Source: Octopus sinensis
Taxonomy: Eukaryota
Reading direction: 5' to 3'
DNA length: 64,000 bases
NCBI RefSeq assembly: GCF_006345805.1
Contig: NC_042998.1
Location: forward strand, 4,340,001-4,404,000
Part shown: positions 1-12,710 of the stretch, one piece after another
Numbering within the stretch: the first letter of the stretch is position 1
Layout of the letters: each line of letters starts with the position of its first letter
Translations under genes and position numbers: made by a program
The notes under the pieces: generated by a model
What the model was told of the DNA's origin: nothing
Seen by the model: only the letters and a program-made list of their open reading frames with translations
Databases searched by the model: none

Positions 1-376
1 AATATATATATCTTTTTACATACAGATGTAACTGAACTCGGGCGAAAAACACGTTTTAAATCCACAAACAAATACACTAATACACACATACTTTAACATT
101 TGATATTTTGATTTATATTCATTTATAATTTACATTTTCATACGTATATCAAGCACATATTTATATGATAGTAAATATGTAATTGTTTGCGAGTGAATTT
201 ATGTTTGTGCATGAATGTAAAGAGGTATATTTAGAACTTAAACAAAACTCAATATAGAAAGCTAAACTAAATATAGTAATAAAGATAACATTTTCTGGAA
301 AATTCAAAGCAACAATTCATCTCTAGCATTTGGACCAATTATAAATAATCTAATAGATACTACATTTTCTATAACT

Positions 377-377
<1 letters not shown>

Positions 378-456
<79 letters not shown>

Positions 457-565
457 CATATATATGTACATTTATATATATGTAGATACATATATATTAT
501 ATACATATATATATATATATACATAAATACATACATATATTTACACATACATAAATACATATATA
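378..565. repeat. (CA)n/(TA)n microsatellite
   Basis: Visible dinucleotide run; explains the YIYI-type ORF. Confidence 0.95.
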
Positions 566-1140
566 CATTTATGTTTGTGTGATTTATCAATATGATTTAT
601 GTTTTAGTTTTTTTATAACAGATATCAGTGTCTATTAGAAAATATCTAAAGTGTACACAGCAAATATAAAATAATGGGCATTCAAAGTGATGTATCAAAT
701 AATAATTGTTCTCAAAAGTAAATAGACTATTTATGTCGTATAAATTTTTTTCTTAAGTTTATTGTATTTAATTTATTTATTTTTTGCATTCAAAACCAAG
801 AATAGATTTATTTAATGATGCTGATACTATATTTTGAACTTGTTTAGCTTTGTGTGTTTAGCACTTCTCTCTGTATATCACTCTAATTTTCTCTTTATCT
901 GTGGCCCTCTCACTCTTTTCTTTCTCTCGTTTTCTTTCTACCTATTTGGTTTTCCCTCTTATTTTCTTTCTGTATTTCCCTCTTCACAAAATTTGGTATT
1001 TAAGTTCAAAAGTATTTTTAATGGAGTTAGAGCAGTTTAAAATGTTTGTCTAAATATATTCTATTTTTCCTTGTCTTTTTTTTATTTCCTCTTTCGTCAA
1101 GAGATAATTTTACCTGTTTCTCTTTTTTCTTGGTGGAACA

Positions 1141-1146
1141 GTATAT

Positions 1147-1218
<72 letters not shown>

Positions 1219-1222
1219 TATC
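1141..1222. repeat. (TA)n microsatellite
   Basis: Visible dinucleotide run. Confidence 0.95.
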
Positions 1223-1930
1223 ACGTTTTTTTTATACTTTATTCCTTTCTACAATCAGTAGTTATCTTTATATAGAAAGGATTGAAAATGTGTTCCTGTT
1301 TATTCAAACATATCTATTGAAATTGATGTTCCAATACTCTGAAATGCCATAAAAAGTTAACAAATGATTCGGTTATATAGGTGACCTTTTCAGACTGGTT
1401 CTCATGAATATTTTGTGGATTAGCGTTAATGCAATGCTTAAAAAATCATATCAATGGCACAAAAAAGTTTTATTAAAAATATAATACATAAAATGTTGAG
1501 CATAAATATTCTGCAGACAAATCCGTTTGATGATTATTTCAGTAGCTTCCACTCTATGTGATGATATGATTTACTTTTAGTGGTGTGATGAAGGAACAAC
1601 TGAAGTTATTTCGAAAGAAATACATAAGTAAAAATAAAATGAAAACTTCATAAAGCTTAGATCAAATGTTCCATGTACATTAGACTAATCTATATTCAAC
1701 CAACTAGTCTAAAACATAACCTGGATGTTTTGGGCGTCATTACGCAAACAGCAAACCTTTGCAGATTCTGTTATAAAATTTCATATGTTACCTGGATAAC
1801 TCTGAAGTAGACAGGAAAAATATTCTGTTCTATATTTACCTGCAATCTATTATCAATCGGGATAGGGAGCCATGAGTATAGAGAGGAATTTCACAGTTAC
1901 ACAGTAACAGTTGATTGGAGTATTGCAATG

Positions 1931-1973
<43 letters not shown>

Positions 1974-2004
1974 TAATAATAATAGTAATAATAATAATAA
2001 TAAT

Positions 2005-2423
2005 TAAGTTGTCAGATATAGTTGTAAGAGATCATGAAGAAAAAAATGCTTTCTAATTGATGTATCAATACCGACAGATGACAACGTGTCTCTAAAAGAA
2101 ATGGAGAAATTCTCAAAATACAAAGACCTGGAAATAGAGGTAACTAGAATGTGGAATCTGAAAACAGAAACAATTCCTATCATAGTAGGTGCATTAGGCA
2201 TGATAAAAAAATATTCAGACAAATACATAACAAAAACACCAGGACTTACAAACACATATAACATACAGAAAATTGCACTACTAGGCACTGCACACATCCT
2301 ACGCAGAACACTTTCCATACAATAACCATCAGAGCATCACAACAAATCACAGCACATACCCAAGGCACACAGAGCTGCGCTCGGTAGTGAAGTGAAAGCA
2401 CGCTATAAAAATAAAACTACTGA
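2005..2423 (+). mobile_element. 5'-truncated R4/Dong-type LINE, family A (RLE endonuclease C-terminus + 3'UTR)
   Basis: Encodes DIVVRDHEEKKCFLIDVSIP..KEMEKFSKYKDLEIEVTRMW..LGTAHILRRTLSIQ; near-identical to the 3' end of 49523-53352; (AAT)n on both sides. Confidence 0.92.
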
Positions 2424-2454
2424 ATAATAATAATAATAATAATGATAATAATAT

Positions 2455-3600
2455 GAAGGAGAGCAATATATTTTCAGGCGAGTTTAAGCATAATACCCAC
2501 GTTGAACAGGATGATGGAAGTGTAGTAACTGTAATCACAATGGTTAAATCAATAGCAAAGCAAAATGCGTTTGAAGAATTGGCTGATAGGAGGGAACAAA
2601 AAACCTCTGCATGGCAAAAATATGACTCGTAGCAAACAAGCTGATGTAGACCAGAGGTACACCCGTCAGTGACTACGTAGCTCAGGGCTCAAAGCAGAAA
2701 TTGAAGACGTTATCCTGGCTGTCCTAGGTCAGAGCTTATTGACCCAAAAATATCAAGCCAATGTGATGAAAAATAGTGTAAACCCAAAGTGCCGATACTG
2801 CAGCAATGGAATAAAAACAGTGGACGACTTAATTTCTGGATGTAAGGTTTTAGCACCTGTAGAGTACAAATCAGGACATGGCAGAGTTGGCCAATATCTA
2901 CACTGTCGGCATTATAAAATCAATTTTTTTTAAAGAAATGGTACAAGAACCACCCTGAGGATGTAATTAAGAGAGAAAATGTAGCAATTCTTTGGGACTT
3001 CTCAGTATGTACAGACCGGACCACCAAAGCAAACAAACCAGATTTTGTTAAGAAAGACCAAAATAATATAGTCCGTTTATTGATTGACATGAGCATACCC
3101 TGTGACCATAATATTACAGCAAAAGAAGTAAAGAAATAAATATTACAGCAAAAGAATTTGATATGCTCAGAAGATTTGCTAATCGATATCGGAAATATGT
3201 GACATCTCAAGACGATTACGATACCAGTGATTCTAGGAGTAAATGGAATGATCAAAGAAGGAACTGAAAATTATTTAAGAATGATCCCTGGTTTACCATC
3301 TATGCAGGAAGTGCAAAAGATTGTCTTAACTGGTACGTTACACATATTGTGAAGAGCATTGTCGCTGTGAATTTTCTTTCCCCTTTTCCTCTTTATGTTC
3401 TTTGATTACTTTTTTATTTCGTATTGTTTTATTTTTACTCTTTCTTTCTTCCCTTTTTTCTCTTTCGCATGACGTTGTAAATTGACAATTTGGTGTGTTT
3501 ATTTTAATGGTTTACCAATGTATACAGCGCGTTTCTCTGCTCTAGGTATCAGGAAGACACTCGGCAAGAAATGGAAACAGAATTGAAAGAAGACGATAAT
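2455..3600 (+). mobile_element. Decayed R4/Dong-type LINE, family B (CCHC knuckle, RLE domain, 3'UTR)
   Basis: KPLHGK, WLRSSGLKAE, KCRYC..TVDDLISGC, ILWDF..TDRT..ANKPD motifs with stops/frameshifts; 3'UTR ends GAAATGGAAACAGAATTGAAAGAAGA before (AAT)n. Confidence 0.85.
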
Positions 3601-3605
3601 GAAAC

Positions 3606-3651
<46 letters not shown>

Positions 3652-3717
3652 CATAATAATGATGATGATGATGATGATGGTAGTGGTGGTGAAAATGATG
3701 ATGATGATGATGATAAT

Positions 3718-3888
3718 TCTTTCTACTAAAGGCACAAGACACAGGACTAGTCGATTACATCGACCCGAGTATTTCACTGGTACTAAATTTATCGACCCCA
3801 AAAGGATGAAAGACACAGTCGACGTCAGTGATGTTTGGACTTAATCTATTGCGGTGGGCTAACGATTCTGCAAGCTCTCCGCCTTAGT
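3718..3888 (-). mobile_element. tRNA-derived SINE (Nin/Deu-like core), degenerate
   Basis: GTCGATTACATCGACC..GGATGAAAG..AGTCGAC motif shared with 17523-17918. Confidence 0.75.
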
Positions 3889-3909
3889 AATAATAATGAT
3901 GATAATAAC

Positions 3910-4159
3910 GCCCCTGATGCAATACCAGGTACTGGCTCTCATGGGTCCGCATCTTAAATTTTTGGAAGTGTTATCATGTACAAGTTATGTCTTGGTATAA
4001 AAGATGGGCCACACCAAATATTCTGCTCAATACCACAGATTTACTTGTCAGTTGCTTGACCGTAACAAGTCGAGCGTGTCCCTTAGTGACTGAAGATATA
4101 TGCATCGCCGATCACGGGCAGGAGTAGTGATAGCACGCACTGCTTTCTCACTCAATAAT
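3910..4159 (+). mobile_element. Internally deleted copy of the ~555-bp (TAA)-associated non-coding element
   Basis: Starts GCCCCTGATGCAATACCAGG and ends CACTGCTTTCTCACTCAATAAT like 25966-26521, but lacks ~300 bp of the middle. Confidence 0.8.
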
Positions 4160-4173
4160 TTAAAAAATTGATA

Positions 4174-4379
4174 ATTCTTTCTACTAAAGGCACAAAGCCT
4201 GAAATTTGTGGGGAAGGGACTATCCGATTTCATGGATCCCACTGCTTCACCGGTGCTTAATTTACCAACACTGAAAGGATGAAAGGCAAAATCAACCGCA
4301 TTTGAATTTGAACCCAGATCGTAAAGACAGCGAAATACCCCTATGCAGTTCTCCCGGCATGTTAATGATCCTGCCAATA
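4174..4379 (-). mobile_element. tRNA-derived SINE (Nin/Deu-like core)
   Basis: GGATGAAAGGCAAA..ATTTGAACCCAGA..cgaaatac; tail-1 type GGCACAAAGCCTGAAATTT. Confidence 0.75.
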
Positions 4380-4439
4380 AAAATGATAACAATTTTTTAA
4401 AAAGTAATAATGATGTCATAAGACATGACAGACTAGGGC

Positions 4440-4725
4440 TGTAAATCCACTGGCATGTTTGCAATTACTACAAAATTAAATCCTATGATAAGTGGTACAG
4501 ACACCATCCAGAAGATGTTGTAAATGGCGAGGGCGTCACCATCCTTTGGAACTTCCCAATACAAACAGACAGAAAAATTGACTCCAATCGACCAGACATT
4601 GTGATTAAGGACGACAACAAAGGAACTTGTCTGTTAATAGATATGTCTGTCCCACAAGATCAAAATGTCTCAAGAAAGTAATACGAAAAGCTTTCTCCTT
4701 ATAAAGATCTTCAAATTGAAATCAC
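4440..4725 (+). mobile_element. R4/Dong-type LINE fragment, family C-like (RLE domain)
   Basis: Translates WHVCNYYKI..KWYRHHPEDVV..ILWNFPIQTDRKIDSNRPDIVIKD..CLLIDMSVP. Confidence 0.85.
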
Positions 4726-4732
4726 AAATCAC

Positions 4733-5215
4733 AGCTCTCATGACTTCAGATCTTAACTGATTGGATTGTCTTGGTGTAAAAGATGGACTGCAGCAAATAT
4801 TCTGCTCAGTACCAGAGATTTGATAATCACTTGTTTGACTAGCAAACCTCTGGTACTGACATTTGCAAGTAGTGGGGGAGCATCATAACCATATTTTGAA
4901 AGGAATTCTTTGGCGTTTGGATAATAATTCACCTTTGAAAACATAGCTGTTTCCTTCAACATCCTTAAACAAGCCTTATTCGGGGACCTTTTGAACGGAT
5001 GGGCTACTCGACCTGAAGAAAATTCTAACTGGGCCCCACCTGCAAGATCCTGCATTGTTTATCGATATGAGATCACCATGTCACGAACATATGGTTGTGA
5101 TGCATGTGCCTGGGGTATACTTATCAGACGGGTAGTCATGATGGGTATACTGGGCTACGTATATTTTACCCCAGTGTCACTCTATATTTTCTCCCAATAT
5201 GCACTGCTCTCTCAG
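4733..5215 (+). mobile_element. ~555-bp (TAA)-associated non-coding element, slightly 5'-truncated
   Basis: Collinear with the reverse complement of 25966-26521; followed by long (AAT)n. Confidence 0.88.
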
Positions 5216-5261
5216 AATAATAACAATAATAATAATAATAATAATAATGATAATAATAATA

Positions 5262-5313
<52 letters not shown>

Positions 5314-5466
5314 TGATAATAATAATATTAATAATAATAATATAATATAATATAATAATAATAATAATAATAATAATATATAATATAATATAATATAATA
5401 ATAATAATAATAAATAATAATAATAATTATTATTATTATTATTATTATTACTATTGTTATTATTGT
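5216..5466. repeat. (AAT)n/(TAT)n compound microsatellite
   Basis: Visible. Confidence 0.95.
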
Positions 5467-5467
5467 T

Positions 5468-5590
5468 AAGGTGGTGAGCTGGCAGAATCGTTTGCACGCT
5501 GGGCGAAATGCTTAGGGTAATTTTGTCTGTCGCTACGTTCTGAGTTGACATTCCGCCCAAGTCGACTTTGCCTTCTATCCTTTCGGGGAC
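5468..5590 (+). mobile_element. tRNA-derived SINE head (Nin/Deu-like), 3'-truncated
   Basis: AAGGTGGTGAGCTGGCAGAATCG..CTGAGTTGACATTCC..GTCGACTTTGCCTT. Confidence 0.8.
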
Positions 5591-7829
5591 ATTGAGGAGA
5601 TATTACAGGAAGAGCTTTCAGAAGGAATCGTATAGTATATGAAAGAAAAAATGAGAATGAAAATATAAATTTCCCCGGCTTTCAAGAGCATCTGTTGCCT
5701 TATAATTGCCATTTCCTGGCCTATGCTGAAAGCAGTTCATTCATTTTAGCCTTATTCGAAAATCTCATCCAGCTTACAACAAATTTACTGACGCACCATT
5801 TCCATCTTCATATCCACCCCTGCCCTTATATCGTGAAAATATTGATGTGAGGTTTCCTGACCAGGAAAATGTCTCTTGTCTTTAGAATCACGTCTACCAC
5901 AGACCCGTTCCATCAAGTTACCAGATTAATCTACTGCTGGAATTCCAACTAAGCAACCTACATAGATTATTCAACAGTCACTTAGCATTAAAAGTATAGG
6001 ATGCGCCTAGTAATGCTGTATATGGCATATATAGATATCTTAACCATTTATTCAAATATTCTTTTTATTCATGAGTTTATTTCCAGTAAACATTAAATCT
6101 TGGTGTCATACCACATTATATTTGATATAATAGTAGATGGAACGTGTCCTGTTATTGCTCTGTAGTTGAAAAATATCTGTGTTGCAAGAGCCATACTGAT
6201 AGATACCGAGACATCAGAGGAACAGTAACATGAAAAAAGCAAGAAGAAAGCAGAAACACGCTTATATATTGGATTCGATAAAAAAGTATGAAAATTGATT
6301 GAAGATTAATCAATAACTTTGTCACCCAGAAAGCATAGATATCTAGTTTGACACCCATTAGCTCGTTTTTGGATATTTAAATTATCATTTATATAAAATC
6401 TTACCCAATAATTTATAAACTTCATCTCTCTAAGTATACGCATTCCTATAAAAAACAACGGAATGAAAATAACTTGTTCTTCATTAGTTGCTACTGGATA
6501 ATCAATGTGGTTCGAGATATTACATGTAATTTCAAATTTAGTACAGCAATTCAATTTTCTATCTCATTCAAGTTTGGTGTTCTACCACAGTTTTAATTCT
6601 CTTTGTGTCTCCCAGCCCGGAGCTAAGCTACACAAAAATTATTCGGCCGTTTGTCATTATATTGGAGCTTCATATCAGCGATTGCTATCAAAAATCTTAT
6701 TCTTTATTGTTGTTGTTTAATTCAGGTCAACCTTAGTGATGCACAGCCATGATCAAAACAACCTTTCTCATCATCAGTCCACTTTTCATATCTCAGAATT
6801 GAAATCACAATACCTGTTCCATTTTTGAAGGTCATCATAATGTCATTCAAATGACACTGCCAATCTAATAGCTGTCACCGCCCAGAACTTCCCCCATTAG
6901 TTTGCTCTCTATCTAGTTAGGCAAATGAGTTATTCAAATGGATTGTTCATGTCCAACATGTTCACGAGCTGTTTAACTTAGTTGCATGAATTTGTATGTA
7001 CATGGAGAGAATGAGCAGAATTCAGGGCAGGTTTTTCATTTCCTATCTTCGTATAAATTTGTTTTGTTCATAGGCTATTCCCCTAGAATTTGAATTGTAG
7101 TTCACTGAAGTTAAGTTTATTATAGTCGATAAATATTTTGATTAATTTTATAACGAGATTTGATGTAGTTTATAGGGGTGAAATTAGGCTTTCATGGAAT
7201 ATTCAATATACTTTGTAAATCTTATTTTTTCACATCAGATTACTAGATTTATGTCTATATTTTCCACATCATTGCTACTTCTGTTGTCCTGCCTGTTGTT
7301 ATCTTTCTTTTTATGAGGTTAAAATAGGTAGGCTTTAAAGATGAGGAGATTTATAAATCAAGTTAGTATGTGGCCTAAATATAGAATTAAATTAAGATCA
7401 ATAGAGTAAGGTACACTAGAAAAAAGGCTGAACAGAATATTTCAAACTATTCATATTCAAGTGGCATTCAATTACTTAGATAATGTCATTCTTCTTAAAG
7501 AGAGAAAAATATTTATTATATTTAGAAGAGAAACTTCATAAAATTTATTCATTGTCTCAAAGACTGAATCACTTCTTTTGAGATCAGAGATATAGTTTCC
7601 TGTTTTCCAATCCAACATTTTCGAAGAAAGCCAACAAGAATAAAATGAATCATATCAACAATGGTTGACTAGCATAGCAATACTTTAATCTCATGTTTGT
7701 GGCCACTACTATTTAGATTGAAATTTACACAAGCCGTTCTAACGCAAGCCAATGTATCACAAAACAGAGGTTGGGTATAACCGGCTGACGTCTAGAAAAA
7801 ACAACGGGTTGTGTTATTTAGAAATTTTA

Positions 7830-8172
7830 AGGCATCAACGCGCTGGACCAAATGCGTGACAGCATTTAGTCCATCTGTATGTTTTGAGTTCAAATTGCAC
7901 CGAGGTCGATTTTACCTGAGATTTTGGAGAGGGGGATAGTAGATTATTTAAATAATGCAGTGAGCTAGCAGAATCTTTAGCGCGTCAGTCAAAATGCTTA
8001 GCAGCATTTTTCGGTTTCCTTACAGTCTGAATTCATATATGCCGTGATATCGACTTTGCCTGTTATCCTTTCGGGAACAATAAAATAAAGTACCAGTCAA
8101 GTACTGGGGTTGATGTCATTGACTAACTCCCTCCCTCATAACCTGCTCAACTTGTGCCAAAATTTGAAGCCA
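7830..8172 (+). mobile_element. Two degenerate Nin/Deu-like SINE copies (7830-7918 partial; 7954-8172)
   Basis: GAGTTCAAATT..GAGGTCGA; GTGAGCTAGCAGAATC..TCGACTTTGCC..AAGTACCAGT..TTGTGCCAAAATTTGAA. Confidence 0.7.
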
Positions 8173-9266
8173 TTTATTAGTAATGTTACTTTACGGCCTA
8201 ATAATGTTCAAATCGACATTTTCGGCTATTTCTCTTGATTCGATACAAAAATTACCAATAAAATACTGGAATGTATTGAATCAGTAATATGAATATGGAA
8301 AGTGCTGACATATTTAGGGTTATTAATCAATGAATTATAATCTATGAAACTTATATCGGTCGTGAGGAGAATGTATCGTTAGCAGGGATGACAACCCCAA
8401 TATTTTAGCTATGCTCAATTAATTACAAATTAATAAACATTTATCCGAAATTCCAAAATTTGGAAGGTTTTTGAATAGGTCAAAATGATACATGATGCGT
8501 TAAAAATGGAAAATTCCACAAGTTTTTCGCACCTGATGTAGTTTTAATGGCTAGAGTTCACATATTTTCCGGCATGTACGCAGTGATTATGTTTTGCTTT
8601 GTTTGTGGTCGTTATTTTTACGTGAGATCTGAATTCTAAATCTTCGTATGAGTTTAACATGACTAGTGTCGTTACATGTACATTGCTTTAAAAAATAAAC
8701 TGCTAACCATTTTTCAGTTTAAATTTTATTTACTTGTAATCGTGTTTGACGCTTTGTCTTTATACCCTACATAAAGCAACACATGCATATTAAAAAATAA
8801 AAGGCAAATTGCGTACGTGAGCTGTTAGCATAACATTGTATTTGGAGACAACATTTTGAATGTACTATGTATATAAAAAAAATATTAGAAATGTATATAA
8901 AACTACATTCAGGGCCAGCTGTTTATGATATGTAAATAGATATTGTGTTAATACTCGGGTTCCATTTCCAAGTAAATATAAAAGACTCCTGTTAGGTACT
9001 AGTTTATGCATGTTTGCGTTTGCGTGTGCTTTTTATGGGTATATATATGCGGGATTCATTAGTTGTAAATTACCTACTGGGTGCGCATCTAATTAAAATT
9101 TATGAGTAGGACCCGATCGGCTCTATAGATAATTCTGTATTTTGTTAATTTAAATTTTCTAAGAAACAATTGTAGAAATGTAGAAATGAATGATAAAGTT
9201 CTGTACATCACCTGAATATGGCAATGGACACGTATGTGTCTATAGTTACTGGACTTGTCTGAAAAG

Positions 9267-9988
9267 TACAGGGTCATCCCATAGATAATGCGGTTTTTTA
9301 AATACGTCTTTAACTTTTAAAAATCAAGATAAACAAAGTTCGTTTTTAATTTAAAATATACTCTCTTTCATTCTCTGCAATGCTCTTCCATCTAGCTAGT
9401 AGATTTGCGAGGTCCCTCTTCCAAAATTCCCTTGTCCATGATGAAAAATACTCCTCCAGTTCTGTTCTGACCTCGTCTGCAGAATTCATATTTTTCCGTT
9501 CAAATTCTTTTGAAGACTGCGGAATAAATGATAATTCAGTTTATGTGGGACCCAAAGGTCGAGCCCACTGACATAGCCAGTTTAATGTAAGGGGACTTCA
9601 CTCATTTTGCACATCTGGAAAATATCTTCGAATATTCTGTTCGTAAAATGGGGTCCATCATTTTGTAGTTGTTAATATAATTAGGCCGGCCAGAGCAATA
9701 TACATCTTGAATCGAAAGAAATTTTCGATCGAAATCTGGAAAACTACTTCCAGCACAGACACATTCCCTCAGATCTTCGTGCAGGTTTCAGCTGCTTTCT
9801 TACCTTTTTTTTTATTAAAAAAAAAAGCATGTATCGAGAATATTCATTGTGGTTCTTCATTTTCTGCATTATATTCCGCATAAAATACTACCTGCGACGT
9901 CGAAAGTTCGCGTCGAACTACGCATGAACAAAGGGAAAAATTGAAGCAGCTTCATGGCGAACCTAACATTTTTGGGGGTTATCCTGTC
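9267..9988 (-). mobile_element. Internally deleted mariner (Tc1/mariner) element
   Basis: TIR-like TACAGGGTCATCCCATAGATAATGCGG at 9267; minus strand encodes KKGKKAAETC (N-terminal), WVPHKL fused directly to YHLFRSLQ..ARWKSIAENEREYILN*; far end at ~9960-9988 degenerate. Confidence 0.8.
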
Positions 9989-11245
9989 GTGTATGTTCAA
10001 TATTACAATGCCTGAAATTATTTGTCTTTGTTGTTATTAACAATAATATTACAGAGACGCTTAAGGTGTGCTTCTTTCTTATAATTGTCGTGATTATCGT
10101 TAGATGCAATTTGATTATCATCGACGTGTGTACACGAATCTTATCTTGTTTATGAAAGAGGCAACAACACATAAAACAACACATAAAAAAAGGATAAAAC
10201 TTACAGAATCAAATGCATAATATTTACACTGAAACAATTTGCGAAAAGTTGCTTTGTAATGTTTGTATTTACATGTTTACTGCAGTAGTTTGAGAAGTTT
10301 CCTCAATTTTCCAAAGATTATCTGATGTTTTTTTTTTTTTAAAATAAATTCTGAATGTCATAAATGATATCATCGCTGAAATAATTTTCATTTATTTGTA
10401 TTGTATTGGATTACATCTTAACTCTTCATGTCCAATTGATTTTAAATGACTTTTGCCGTTATTTTTTCTCTTGTCACTGTTAAAGTTCACATTAGTGCTT
10501 AATGCCGTATGATATTAGCAAATGTCTTAAAATGATATTCTTTGAGTAAATAATGCTATCACCGGTGTGTTTATCTATCGATCAATAGGGTCGATAACAT
10601 AGCTGAAATGCCATTAGTGACAGAGGTAGCTGACATAAGTGGCTGAATGAGTGTTGTGTGTGAAATGGTGTGTGATCAGAGAAGCATAGTTTTAAAAATC
10701 AATAACAGTCTGATAAGAATGGAGAAGTGTTTTATAAACATTCTAGTCTGTATCTAACAGTTTTATGAGCTCGAATTTCTAGAATTTGTCTTCACATTTC
10801 AAATAAATTCTTATTTCCGATACAGGTACAAGGTGTGAGATTTGTGGTAGAGCGTTTATCAGTACTAACAACTCCAGCACTTGACTATTACTTTATTTTA
10901 TCAATTTCGAAAGGATGAAGGGCAACGTTAGCCTGAATCGGACTACATGTTGCATGACAGTTTTTCCAACGTTCTGGCGAATCCAGCAGTTCGCCGGCCC
11001 AACTGCCTCAAATAATAAAATGAAACCTCTTTTATCAATGTCTAGATTAAGAGTAAAGGTGTTGCAGAATTAAAAGAAAAAGTAATATATTTTTTTACTT
11101 TCCAACTGACTATTATTTAGCAGGTGGAAGTATTTTTGTGCTACTAGCATTCACATACGAAAATAATGGTATTGTTATTGAATGACTGCTATGATTTTCA
11201 GCGTACAGTAATATTAGACACTATATACCATGCTGGTACAGAAAA

Positions 11246-11642
11246 GGCTAACATTTCGGTTTGAACGGCGGTATTTTCTAGCTGTGTTATCTGAAATTGT
11301 CACCCATAATTATACTCCTAGTATCGATCTATTGCATTTCAATCTGTTTTAGGGTTGGGTTAGTTAGGGTTAGTTAGGATTAGTTAGGGTTAGGGTTAGG
11401 TGTGGGGAGAAGGGTATCTTTTTTCTTCACAAATGTTGTTTACCTCAATAGACGTCACTGATTGGTTGAAATTGCAGAAACTTAAGAAAAAAACAACAGC
11501 CATCTTACAAACTATAGAATTTTCTCAATAAAGCCAAGAGAAAAAGATGTTTTATAAACACATTCTACCAGTGTACGAAGTTTAAATTTTTTTAGTTACC
11601 TAGAAATTATGTTAAAAACTGCCGTTCAAACCGAAAAGATCC
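11246..11642. mobile_element. MITE with ~16-20-bp TIRs and internal (TTAGGG)-like repeats
   Basis: TTTCGGTTTGAACGGC (11254-11269) / GCCGTTCAAACCGAAA (11621-11636); TTAGGG/TTAG variants at 11349-11400. Confidence 0.75.
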
Positions 11643-11683
11643 AAAATTTCTATTGATCTGACTGGCATTGACGTTTATACTAT

Positions 11684-12047
11684 CTCTTTACTCTCTTACT
11701 CTTTTACTTGTTTCAGTCATTTGACCGCGGCCATGCTGTCGCACCGCCTTTAGTCGAGCGAATCTACCCCAGGACTTATTTTTTGTAAGCCTAGTACTTA
11801 TTCTATCGCTAAGTTACGGGGATATAAACACACCAACATCGGTTGTCATGTGATGTTGGTGGGACAAACACAGACACACAAACATATGCACGCACATACA
11901 TATATATATACATATATAAGATGAGCTTCTTTCAGTTTCCGTCTACCAAATCCACTCACAATGCTTTGGTCGGTCCGAGGCTATAGTAGAAGACACTTGC
12001 CAGAGTTGCCACACAGTAGGACTGAACCCGAAACCATCTGGTTGGTA
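11684..12047 (-). mobile_element. tRNA-derived SINE with CORE-like segment and internal microsatellite
   Basis: Reverse complement of the family at 12255-12710; 5' head partly missing. Confidence 0.85.
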
Positions 12048-12254
12048 AAATAATAATTGTTACGTAGTTTAAAGAAAAACACGGGGAAGTGGTGCATATC
12101 TGGTTGAAGTTGCTATATATATATAATGAAAAAAGTCTGATGTCTAGCAAACTAATGTAATTTTCTTGGCGAATGATGTCAGTAAATTATAGTAGATATC
12201 TTTAATAGGATTCTGTTGCGTTATTTATTCTCTAATTATTAGCGAATATTTAAC

Positions 12255-12429
12255 AGGCGTGACTCTGTGGTAAGAAGCTTGCCTCCCAACCACATGGTTC
12301 TGAGTTCAGTCCCACTGTGTGGCATCTTGGGCGGCACTTTGGGCAAATATCTTCTACTATAGCCTCGGGACAACCAAAGCCTTGTGAGTGGATTTGGTAA
12401 ACGGACAATGAAAGAAGCCCGTCGTATAC

Positions 12430-12461
<32 letters not shown>

Positions 12462-12710
12462 ATGTGTGTATATGTGTGTGCGTGTGTGTGTGTGTGTTTG
12501 TCTGTGTGTGTACTCCTGTTACCACTTAACAACCAGTGTTGGTGTGTTTACGTCCCCGTAGCGTGGCGGTTCGGCAAAGGAGACCGATAGAATAAGTACT
12601 AGGCTTAAAATATAATTCCTGGAGTTGATTTGTTCGACTAAAAAAATACCTTCAAGTCTGTGCTCCAGCATGGCCGCAGTCAAATGAACGAAACAAGTAA
12701 AAGAATAGAA
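12255..12710 (+). mobile_element. tRNA-derived SINE with CORE-like segment and internal (TA)/(TG)n
   Basis: A-box-like TGTGTGGTAAG region, B-box-like GAGTTCAGTCC, CACTTTGGGCAAAT, tail GAAACAAGTAAAAG. Confidence 0.88.
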
